From Actinomycetota bacterium (lineage in GTDB: Bacteria > Actinomycetota > Acidimicrobiia > IMCC26256 > VFJJ01), in contig VFJJ01000017.1 in NCBI GenBank assembly GCA_009886115.1, positions 642 through 64,641 on the forward strand: a DNA stretch of 64,000 nucleotides. The letters are read 5' to 3'. The position numbers were made by a program, and so were the translations under genes. The notes beneath the pieces are model-generated. The model worked only from the letters and a program-made list of their open reading frames with translations, was not told where the DNA came from and searched no databases. Each line of letters begins with the position of its first letter. Within the stretch, counting starts at the first letter, position 1. Shown here in pieces: positions 56,881 through 64,000 of this stretch.

Positions 56881-58104
56881 ATGACGACACCGGTGTTGGA
56901 TGGCTTGCGGATCGTGGAGGGCTCGGCGTTCGTCGCCGCGCCGTCGGCCGGGATGGCCTTGGCCCAGTTGGGCGCCGACGTGATCCGCTTCGACCAGATC
57001 GGCGGCGGCATCGACTATCAGCGGTGGCCGCTCACGGCTGACGGTCGCAGCATGTACTGGGCTGGCCTCAACAAGGGGAAGCGTTCGATCGCCGTCGACC
57101 TCCGCCGTCCCGAAGGCCGCGAGCTGATCACGGCGCTCGTTGCTGCTCCCGGTCCGGGCGGCGGCATCTTCCTCAGCAACTTCCCGGCCCGAGGGTGGAT
57201 GAGCTACGACGCGCTCAGAGCTCGGCGCGACGACCTGATCCTGCTCAACGTCACGGGCAACCGTGACGGCTCGACCGCGGTGGACTACACGGTCAACTGC
57301 GCGGTCGGGTATCCGTTCGTCACCGGTCCGGGCTCATCGATCGCCCCGGCGAACCACGTGCTGCCGGCATGGGACGTGATCACCGGGCAGATGGTCGTCG
57401 TGGGGCTCCTGGCCGCCGAGCGGCACCGGTCACGGACCGGCGTGGGTCAGCTCGTCACGATCGCCCTCTCCGACGTGGCCATCGCCACCGTCGCCAACCT
57501 GGGGCATGTGGCCGAGGCCCAGATCAACCACGAGGAACGCGACCGGATCGGCAACGACATGTACGGCGCGTTCGGGCGCGACTTCGAGACGATCGACGGG
57601 CGGCGCGTGATGGCCGTCGCCATCTCGTACCGCCAGTGGCAGAACCTCGTCGAGTCGATGGACCTGGCCGAGAAGATGGAGCGACTGGCTGCGTTGCTGG
57701 AGCTCGACTTCACCAAGGAGGGCGATCGCTTCGCCGCACGGGCGTCGATCGCCGCGATCATGGAACCGTGGTTCGCGGCCCGTTCCGTCGACCAGATCCG
57801 CAGCATCTTCGATGAGCACGACGTGTGCTGGGGCCCGTACCAGACGTTCCTCCAGCTCGTCGACGAAGATCCCCGGTGCTCGACCAAGAACCCGCTCATG
57901 CAGGAGGTCGTCCAGCCGGGCATCGGCACGTACCTCGCACCGGGTACCCCGCTCGACTTCTCGGCGTTTCCCCGTGACGCCGTGGCACCGGCGCCCGTCC
58001 TCGGCCAGCACACCGACGAGGTTCTCGCCGAGGTCCTGGGCCTTTCGGCCCCCGAGATCGGTCGCCTGCACGACGACGCCATCGTCGCCGGCCCCGATCT
58101 CTGA
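56881..58104 (+). CDS. mct: Mesaconyl-CoA C1-C4 CoA transferase (2-methylfumaryl-CoA isomerase)
   Basis: VEGSAFVAAP, IRFDQIGGGIDYQRWP, VDYTVN, NHVLPAWD, YGAFGRDF, EGDRF, CSTKNP resemble Chloroflexus Mct as I recall it. Confidence 0.85.
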   Translation: MTTPVLDGLRIVEGSAFVAAPSAGMALAQLGADVIRFDQIGGGIDYQRWPLTADGRSMYWAGLNKGKRSIAVDLRRPEGRELITALVAAPGPGGGIFLSNFPARGWMSYDALRARRDDLILLNVTGNRDGSTAVDYTVNCAVGYPFVTGPGSSIAPANHVLPAWDVITGQMVVVGLLAAERHRSRTGVGQLVTIALSDVAIATVANLGHVAEAQINHEERDRIGNDMYGAFGRDFETIDGRRVMAVAISYRQWQNLVESMDLAEKMERLAALLELDFTKEGDRFAARASIAAIMEPWFAARSVDQIRSIFDEHDVCWGPYQTFLQLVDEDPRCSTKNPLMQEVVQPGIGTYLAPGTPLDFSAFPRDAVAPAPVLGQHTDEVLAEVLGLSAPEIGRLHDDAIVAGPDL

Positions 58105-58112
58105 GCCCCGAT

Positions 58113-58164
58113 CGACCAGGAGTGAGTAGTACCTGCTGGAGGGGGCACAACTCACTCTTGGTCG
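58113..58164. terminator. Long hairpin between convergent genes
   Basis: gaccaggagtgagtagtacc / ggcacaactcactcttggtc, 17/20 complementary. Confidence 0.65.
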
Positions 58165-58245
58165 GGTGGGGGTGGGGGTGGTGGTGGTGGTCGCTTCGCG
58201 GTGGCGGCGCCGCGGTGGTGGCGCCGCGGTCGGCGGGTCGGCGGG

Positions 58246-59223
58246 TCAGCGACTGAGTGCGACGGGGCGCCAGTCGAGGACGTCAGAGTCGATCCCGTCT
58301 CGCTCGGTGCTGGCCTTGACGGAGAACGCGAGCAGACGCCCGTTGGCCACGTCGAGCGTCTCGAGGAGCTCGGTTCGGAACGCCAGGATGTCGCCCTCGA
58401 ACACCGGGCCGACATGATCACAGCTGTGCCAGCCGACGATCGTCGCAATCGACGGGACGAGCCGCGACAGCGAGGCTTGGGCCAAGCCGATCGTATGACC
58501 GCCGTACACGAGTCGACGGCCGCCCTGACCGAGCGTCGCGTCGCGATGGACGGGTGCCAGGTTGTGCGTGAGTCGGGCCAGCTCGATGGCGTTCGAGACG
58601 GTGTCGCGGAGCTGATCGCGCTTCTCCTGTCCGACGGCCCAGGCCGGCGGTTCAGGGAGACCGGCGAGGTCCCACGTGCGAGGTGCGGCCTCGACGTAGT
58701 GCGCCAGATCGAGCTCGCTCGTCGTCGGTCCGAGCTCGTCGGCGTGGCCGGTCGGAGTGGTCCGGCGGAGGTTCACCATGGCGCAGCGTTCGTAGTCGAC
58801 GACCAGCCCGCCGGCCTCGTCGACGGTCGTGATCCCCAGCAGCACCATGCCCCGGGGCGGACGGTCGGCTCGGCGCTGGTTCTCGCGGAGGCCGCGCACG
58901 ACGACCGTCGTCGAGAGCGTCTCGCCGAGGTGCACGGGCCGGCGCAACACCACGCCCCGATAGAAGAGGTTGGCGATCACCCGCCGGGTGGCGACGGTGC
59001 TCTGGCCGATGGAGACGTGCATCACGAGCGCCGGGTTCACCACGGGCTCGCTGCGACCGGTGGTACGACTCGAGAGCGGATGGCTGAGCGGCACCCGGAG
59101 GGGATCTCCGACGATCGACTGGTAGACACCGACCTCACCGGCGCCGATGGTGACGGCCGGAGCGAACGGCAGGGTCTCGCCGACGGTGAAATCGTCGAAG
59201 TACGGCCCGTCCTCGGGGATCAT
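58246..59223 (-). CDS. Double hot-dog MaoC dehydratase, mesaconyl-CoA hydratase (Mch)-like
   Basis: GPYFDDF..G, IGQST, ANLFYRG, N.A.VHRD, LVYGGHTI, PVFEGD. Confidence 0.8.
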   Translation of the reverse strand: MIPEDGPYFDDFTVGETLPFAPAVTIGAGEVGVYQSIVGDPLRVPLSHPLSSRTTGRSEPVVNPALVMHVSIGQSTVATRRVIANLFYRGVVLRRPVHLGETLSTTVVVRGLRENQRRADRPPRGMVLLGITTVDEAGGLVVDYERCAMVNLRRTTPTGHADELGPTTSELDLAHYVEAAPRTWDLAGLPEPPAWAVGQEKRDQLRDTVSNAIELARLTHNLAPVHRDATLGQGGRRLVYGGHTIGLAQASLSRLVPSIATIVGWHSCDHVGPVFEGDILAFRTELLETLDVANGRLLAFSVKASTERDGIDSDVLDWRPVALSR

Positions 59224-59260
59224 GCGATCAAGCCTAGGCACGAGCGGTGCCGGTACCGAT

Positions 59261-59314
59261 AGTGGTCGTGCGTCCGATCAGATGCGTTCGAACGCACGAC
59301 CACTGCGGCTTCAG
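59261..59314. terminator. Hairpin downstream of the cupredoxin gene
   Basis: agtggtcgtgcgt...acgcacgaccact, 13-bp perfect arms (16/17 extended). Confidence 0.7.
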
Positions 59315-59323
59315 CGACGATCG

Positions 59324-59368
59324 TCAGTTGACTTAGTTGACTCAGTTGACTCAGTTGACTCAGTTGAC
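59324..59368. repeat. 5 x 9-bp tandem repeat TCAGTTGAC (one TTAGTTGAC)
   Basis: Read directly; on the minus strand it is GTC-AAC-stop repeated. Confidence 0.95.
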
Positions 59369-60274
59369 GGTGACGGTCGCCGTCATCGACGGGTGGATCG
59401 CGCAGTGGTAGGCGAACGAGCCCTTGGTGGCGAAGGTGAACGAGAACGTCCCCCCGTTGCCCAACGGGCTCCCGACGCCGGAGTCGAAGCCGCCGTCGTC
59501 GGCCGTCACCGTGTGGGGGGCGCCGTCCTTGTTCGTCCAGGTGATCTTGGTGCCGGCGGGGACGGTCAAGGCCGAGAAGGCGAAGTCCTTGATGTCGGTC
59601 GCCACCGGTGCAGCCGCGGCAGGCGGGGGAGGTGCGGGCGCCGGTGCCGGTGCTGGAGCCGGTGCTGGAGCCGGTGCGGCAGGCGGGGGAGCCGCGGGTG
59701 CGGGTGCCGGGGTCTCGATCAGGGCACCGGATGCATCGAGGACGAACCAGACCCCGCCGACCGCTTGGCCGAGCACGTCGCCGACCACCTTGTCAGCAGC
59801 GAAGTAGTACAGCGGGAACCCGCCATAGGTGGCCTGGGTGTTGCCGTCGGCTCGGGAGACGACGCCGAGCTTGGTGCCGTCGATCGAGCCTGCCGGAGTG
59901 GGCACCGCGGCCACGATCACGGGAGGCCAGTTGGTCGCGCAGGCATCGACGCAGGTGGGTGGGGCGCCCGGGGTGTCGCTGGTGAACGCGTACACGGTCC
60001 GACCGTCGCGATCGGTCGCCACCGCTCCCAGCACCGTGTTGCCCGTCGTGATGATGGCGCCCGACTCGAGGCCCGGGGCGGCCAACGGTGCACCACTGGC
60101 GGGCGCGTCGGCCGCAGTCGTCGTCGCTTCCGCTGGGGCCGTCGTGGCAGTGGCGTCGGCTGCAGCTGCGGTCGTCGTCGTCACCTCGTCGGCGGTGTCG
60201 TCGTCGTCGCCACCGCAGGCTGCGAGCAGCGTGACGGTCGCGAGAGTTGCGAACAGCGGTCGCAGTCGATTCAT
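59360..60274 (-). CDS. Lipoprotein: COG4315 (Lipoprotein_15 repeats) plus plastocyanin/azurin-like cupredoxin
   Basis: LLAAC lipobox; G.TVY.F..D, C...CA.NWPP, G.PLYYF..D; Pro/Ala linker; PHTVT...YHCAIHPSM type-1 Cu site. Confidence 0.9.
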   Translation of the reverse strand: MNRLRPLFATLATVTLLAACGGDDDDTADEVTTTTAAAADATATTAPAEATTTAADAPASGAPLAAPGLESGAIITTGNTVLGAVATDRDGRTVYAFTSDTPGAPPTCVDACATNWPPVIVAAVPTPAGSIDGTKLGVVSRADGNTQATYGGFPLYYFAADKVVGDVLGQAVGGVWFVLDASGALIETPAPAPAAPPPAAPAPAPAPAPAPAPAPPPPAAAAPVATDIKDFAFSALTVPAGTKITWTNKDGAPHTVTADDGGFDSGVGSPLGNGGTFSFTFATKGSFAYHCAIHPSMTATVTVN

Positions 60275-60394
60275 CGGTCCTCCGTGGGAGTGTTCGGGAA
60301 GCGGTCAGGCTATCTCGGCACCAGAGGTTCTCGCGACGGCCGCCGGCAACGCTAGGTTTTCGCCGTCGAAGGCTCACCCACAAGGAGCAGCACA

Positions 60395-61516
60395 ATGGAA
60401 TTCGGGATCTTCATCCAGAACTACGTGCCCAAGATGCGGCGCGAGAAGGACCCCGACGCCGAGCACACGGTGATCATGGACGAGCTCGACCTGGTGATCG
60501 CAGCCGACAAGGCCGGCTTCAAGTACGTGTGGGTCACCGAGCATCACTTCCTCGACGAGTATTCACACCTCTCGGCCAACGATGTCGTGTTGGGGTATCT
60601 CGCCCGGGCGACCGATCGGATCCACCTGGGATCGGGGATCTTCAACCCCCTGCCTCAGGTGAACCATCCGGCGAAGGTGGCCGAGCGCGTCGCCATGCTC
60701 GACCACATCTCCAACGGCCGGCATGAGTTCGGGACCGGCCGAGGTGCCGGGAGCCACGAGATCCTGGGGTTTCTCCCCGGGATCGAGAGCACGTCGCAGA
60801 CCCGCGAGATCTGGGAAGACGTCATCGGCGAGTTCGTCAAGATGTGGACCATCGAGGAGTACCCCGGATACCAGGGCAAGTATTGGTCGCTCCCGCCGCG
60901 GATCGTGCTCCCCAAGCCCTACAAGAAGCCGCATCCGCCGATGTGGTACGCCTGCGGGAACACGTCGAGCTACGAGATGGCCGCCCGACGCGGGCTCGGG
61001 GTGCTCGGCTTCTCGATCGGCGACATCGCCGCGCTCGAGGAGGTGCTGCAGGCCTACAAGCGTGAAGTCGTCAACGCCGAGCCCGTCGGGGCCTACGTGA
61101 ACGACAACGTCATGGTCACCTCGGCGGCGTTCGTCGCCGATGACCGGGGCCGCGCGAGGCAGAGCGTGCTCGACGGATCGATCGCTTATCTCCAGAGCAA
61201 CGTGTTCCGCTACCACGACACGTTCCCGCACCCCGAGGGCATTCCGAAGTGGCCCAACACGATGCCCCCGTACACCCCCGAGGTGCTCGACGGGGCCATT
61301 GCCGGCGGGACGATCTGCGGCGATCCCGACGACGCTCTCGCGCAGTGTCAGCGCTGGGAGTCGGCCGGGGCCGACCAGCTCGTGTTCGGCGTCGGCATGT
61401 CGACGCAAGAGGAGATGCTCGAGACGATCCGGCTCATGGGCGAGCACGTGATCCCGAAGATCGACAAGGACCCGATCCACCGCACGAGCCGCTTCCGAGA
61501 CGCTGCCGCAGGCTGA
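60395..61516 (+). CDS. LLM-class flavin-dependent oxidoreductase
   Basis: WVTEHHF, HPAKVAERVAMLD, GTGRG; AAGGAG RBS. Confidence 0.92.
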   Translation: MEFGIFIQNYVPKMRREKDPDAEHTVIMDELDLVIAADKAGFKYVWVTEHHFLDEYSHLSANDVVLGYLARATDRIHLGSGIFNPLPQVNHPAKVAERVAMLDHISNGRHEFGTGRGAGSHEILGFLPGIESTSQTREIWEDVIGEFVKMWTIEEYPGYQGKYWSLPPRIVLPKPYKKPHPPMWYACGNTSSYEMAARRGLGVLGFSIGDIAALEEVLQAYKREVVNAEPVGAYVNDNVMVTSAAFVADDRGRARQSVLDGSIAYLQSNVFRYHDTFPHPEGIPKWPNTMPPYTPEVLDGAIAGGTICGDPDDALAQCQRWESAGADQLVFGVGMSTQEEMLETIRLMGEHVIPKIDKDPIHRTSRFRDAAAG

Positions 61517-61530
61517 CACCTGATGTGCCG

Positions 61531-61577
61531 GTCATCGGCTTCGTGGGGAGCGATTCGCACCCCACGAAGCCGATGAC
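61531..61577. terminator. Long hairpin between convergent genes
   Basis: gtcatcggcttcgtgggg...ccccacgaagccgatgac, 18-bp perfect arms. Confidence 0.8.
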
Positions 61578-61585
61578 GCACGGCG

Positions 61586-62317
61586 TCAGCTGAGATCGTT
61601 GATGAGGCGGTCGATCTCGGCCAGGCGGGTGGCCAGCAGGGCCCGCTTGCGCTGGGCGGCGACGAGATCGCCCTCGAGACGACCGATCGTCTGGTCGAGC
61701 TGGCTGAGCTGACGCTCGGCGGCTTGGACTCGACCGCCGGCTCCACGTCGGGCCGTGCCGGCCGTGCGTCGGGCCGAGCGCCGTGCCGCGGCCGCCGGAG
61801 CACTCTTGGCTGCCGTGGCGGGACGCTTCGCTGTGGTCACGCGAGCGGGACGCTTCGTGGCCGATGCCTTCCGCGCCGCCGGAGTCGCCGCGGGCTTGGC
61901 TCCTGCTGCGGGCGCCGCAGCTGCCGGCTTTCTCGCGCTTCGCTTGGCGGCTGCGGGCTTGGCGGCTGCGGGCTTGGCAGTCGCAGCTGACGTCGGGGGT
62001 GCGGCCGGCGCAGCGGTGGCCGTGCTCGTCGGCGCCTTCGCGCCAGCTCCGGCGAGGGGTGCCGCCGGGCGCTTGAAGCGCCGACCACGGACATAGCCAC
62101 CGTCGACGAGCTCTCTCCAAGCCTGCTCGATCACCGTGCGACTCAGCCGCCCCTTGGGGCTGAAGAGCACACGATCGGCATCGGCTGCCTTCTCGACGAG
62201 ATCGAACGTCGAACGGTCGGTCGCTCCGACGACGGTTCGCGACGCTGCGTCTGCGAGCAGTCGATACAGCACGCGGGCCGACTGGGATACCTGAGACTGA
62301 GCACCCTGTTTCGCCAT
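61586..62317 (-). CDS. Hypothetical basic protein: globular N-domain, Ala/Lys/Pro linker, C-terminal coiled coil
   Basis: AKPAA repeats; heptad Leu pattern at the C-terminus; GAGGTG RBS. Confidence 0.7.
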   Translation of the reverse strand: MAKQGAQSQVSQSARVLYRLLADAASRTVVGATDRSTFDLVEKAADADRVLFSPKGRLSRTVIEQAWRELVDGGYVRGRRFKRPAAPLAGAGAKAPTSTATAAPAAPPTSAATAKPAAAKPAAAKRSARKPAAAAPAAGAKPAATPAARKASATKRPARVTTAKRPATAAKSAPAAAARRSARRTAGTARRGAGGRVQAAERQLSQLDQTIGRLEGDLVAAQRKRALLATRLAEIDRLINDLS

Positions 62318-62536
62318 CGGCGAATCACCTCTAACCTTGTTCCGGACGTTGTTGTCCCTGCAAGTCTACGGGTTTTCACCGGGAAACCCGGGGATCGATG
62401 CGAGTTATCGGCCCCCCGGCTCGGCGACATGTCCGGGCGTGACGGGTCCCGTGGGGCCAGGCGCGAGCAACCCCGGTCCTTATTGCTCACTCGGTGGACT
62501 CGCTCGGTGCTCCGACGTTGCTAGGTTCGCTCTCGG

Positions 62537-63709
62537 ATGAGCTCGGACATGGCATTTCGCGACGAGGTTCGGGCCTGGCTCGACGAGCATCTCGTCGGTG
62601 AGTTCCTGGCCTTCGGCGGTCGCGGCGGGCTGGCCGACGACGTGGGCTACGACCTGCGCCTGGCGTGGGAACGGGAGCTCGCCGCCGACGGCTGGCTCTG
62701 CCCCGAATGGCCCGTCGAGCACGGCGGCCGCGGGCTCACGTTCGCCGAGCATCTCGTGTGGGCCCAGGAGTGCGCGGCGCGACGCGCCCCGTTCAAGGTG
62801 AACGTGGTGGCCCAGGAGCTCCTCGGACCAACGTTGTTGGCCTTCGGGAGCCAGGAACACAAGCAGCGGTTCCTTCCCCCGATCCTCGCGGTGAACGAGA
62901 CCTGGTGCCAAGGCTTCAGCGAGCCCAGCGCCGGTTCCGACATCGCCAACGTAGCGACGCGCGCCGAGCTCGACGAGTCCGGTGACGGAACGAGCGCGTG
63001 GGTGATCAACGGTCAGAAGGTCTGGACCTCGGGCGCTCACCTCGCCGACTGGTGTTTCGTCTTGTGCCGCACCGAACTGGGCTCGGTCCGTCATCGGGGG
63101 CTGTCGATGTTGCTCGTCCCCATGCGACAGCAGGGGATCGAGGTACGCCCGATTCGCTCCATGGCTGGCGGCCGCGAGTTCAACGAGGTGTTCTTCGACG
63201 GGGCCCGCACCGACGCGGAGCTCGTCCTGGGACCGCGCGGTGAGGGTTGGCGGGTGGCGATGGGAACGCTCGGGTTCGAGCGCAGTACCGGCGACATCGC
63301 CCATCAAGCCAAGTGTGCTCGCGAGCTGGGTGAGATCATCGAGCTGGCGCGCCTCGTCGGGCGCGATGGTGATCCAGTCGTTCGGCAGCGCCTCGCTCGG
63401 TCGTGGACCGGGCTGCGCATCCTCCAGATGAATCTCCAACGCATGCTGGCCGGGCTGGCCGAGGGCCGTCCGCCCGGAGCGGAGGCATCGGTCATGAAGC
63501 TCGCGCAATCCACATGGCACCAAAGGCTCGGCGAGCTGGCGATGGACGTCCTCGGGACGCGCGGCCTGTGCTTCGACCTCGCCGACGAGCGAGACGATCT
63601 GCCTCGCTTGTTCCTCCTGAGCCGAGCCGAGACGATCTACGGCGGCTCGTCCCAGGTGCAACGCAACATCCTCGGCGAGCGGGTGCTCGGGCTCCCCCGG
63701 GAGCCGTGA
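62537..63709 (+). CDS. Acyl-CoA dehydrogenase (FadE type)
   Basis: WCQGFSEPSAGSD, GQKVWTS, FNEVFFD, TIYGGS. Confidence 0.93.
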   Translation: MSSDMAFRDEVRAWLDEHLVGEFLAFGGRGGLADDVGYDLRLAWERELAADGWLCPEWPVEHGGRGLTFAEHLVWAQECAARRAPFKVNVVAQELLGPTLLAFGSQEHKQRFLPPILAVNETWCQGFSEPSAGSDIANVATRAELDESGDGTSAWVINGQKVWTSGAHLADWCFVLCRTELGSVRHRGLSMLLVPMRQQGIEVRPIRSMAGGREFNEVFFDGARTDAELVLGPRGEGWRVAMGTLGFERSTGDIAHQAKCARELGEIIELARLVGRDGDPVVRQRLARSWTGLRILQMNLQRMLAGLAEGRPPGAEASVMKLAQSTWHQRLGELAMDVLGTRGLCFDLADERDDLPRLFLLSRAETIYGGSSQVQRNILGERVLGLPREP

Positions 63710-63710
63710 G

Positions 63711-64000
63711 GTGCACCCCCAGCTGTCGGTCAGCGCCGTATCGTCGTGGGGCTGGAGCTTCGACGACGACCTGTCCTGGTGGGCGGCCGAAGGTGTGCGT
63801 CACGTCGGCCTGTCGTGGCGCAAGGTTCGCGATACCGGGATCGAGCGTTCGGCCGCCAACTTGGTGCAACAGGGTCTCCGGGTCGGCAACATCGTCGAGC
63901 TCGGCTGGCTCGACGTGCACGATCCGAGCACCTGGCCCGGGCAGCGCGCACAGCTCATCGCCGCCGTCGAGCTCGCTGCTCGTGTCGGAGGCTGTCTCGT
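63711..64000 (+). CDS. Sugar phosphate isomerase/epimerase (xylose-isomerase-like TIM barrel), truncated by the window edge
   Basis: Manual translation MHPQLSVSAVSSWGWSFDDDL..W...G...VGL...K...AVELAARVG; open to the edge. Confidence 0.7.
   Translation, partial: MHPQLSVSAVSSWGWSFDDDLSWWAAEGVRHVGLSWRKVRDTGIERSAANLVQQGLRVGNIVELGWLDVHDPSTWPGQRAQLIAAVELAARVGGCL

Noticed and set aside
58152-58448. 98-aa poly-Pro ORF
   Set aside because: Off-frame overlap of the MaoC gene running into the G-rich tract
56881-59223. Evidence of autotrophic CO2 fixation
   Set aside because: The key enzymes malonyl-CoA reductase and propionyl-CoA synthase are not in the window
59324-59368. CRISPR array or selenocysteine read-through
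   Set aside because: Units are 9 bp with no spacers and there are no cas genes; the cupredoxin domain is complete at the first TGA
62318-62536. Possible ncRNA/riboswitch in a structured intergenic region
   Set aside because: Only short GC-rich stems; no recognisable tRNA or riboswitch consensus

Overview
High-GC (~70%) actinobacterial DNA. The gene content (MFS-ATPase fusion, DHWH-motif membrane protein, many Amidohydro_2/LLM/CaiB paralogues) suggests class Acidimicrobiia; this is inference. The window is almost entirely catabolic genes: 8 amidohydrolase-superfamily genes, 4 family-III CoA transferases, 3 luciferase-like oxidoreductases, P450 plus ferredoxin, BVMO, TauD, a Rieske oxygenase, a hydantoinase/acetone-carboxylase-like pair and 2 acyl-CoA dehydrogenases. 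Main observation: an 18-bp AT-rich palindrome (consensus AAT-nnAGTATACTnn-ATT) occurs six times, always intergenic, across the first 26 kb. It fits a FadR-type operator, and a FadR/GntR gene lies inside the region, so it defines a probable ~30-kb regulon for an unknown substrate. That region includes a hybrid ABC/MFS transporter and several enzymes that appear to lack canonical catalytic residues. Also present: a DUF222/HNH gene with a LexA box over its start, an mct plus mch-like C5-dicarboxylate module, a YceI remnant, a low-GC patch inside the P450, many short tandem duplications and long intergenic hairpins. No rRNA, tRNA, CRISPR array or transposase was seen. All family calls come from motif recognition by eye, not database searches.
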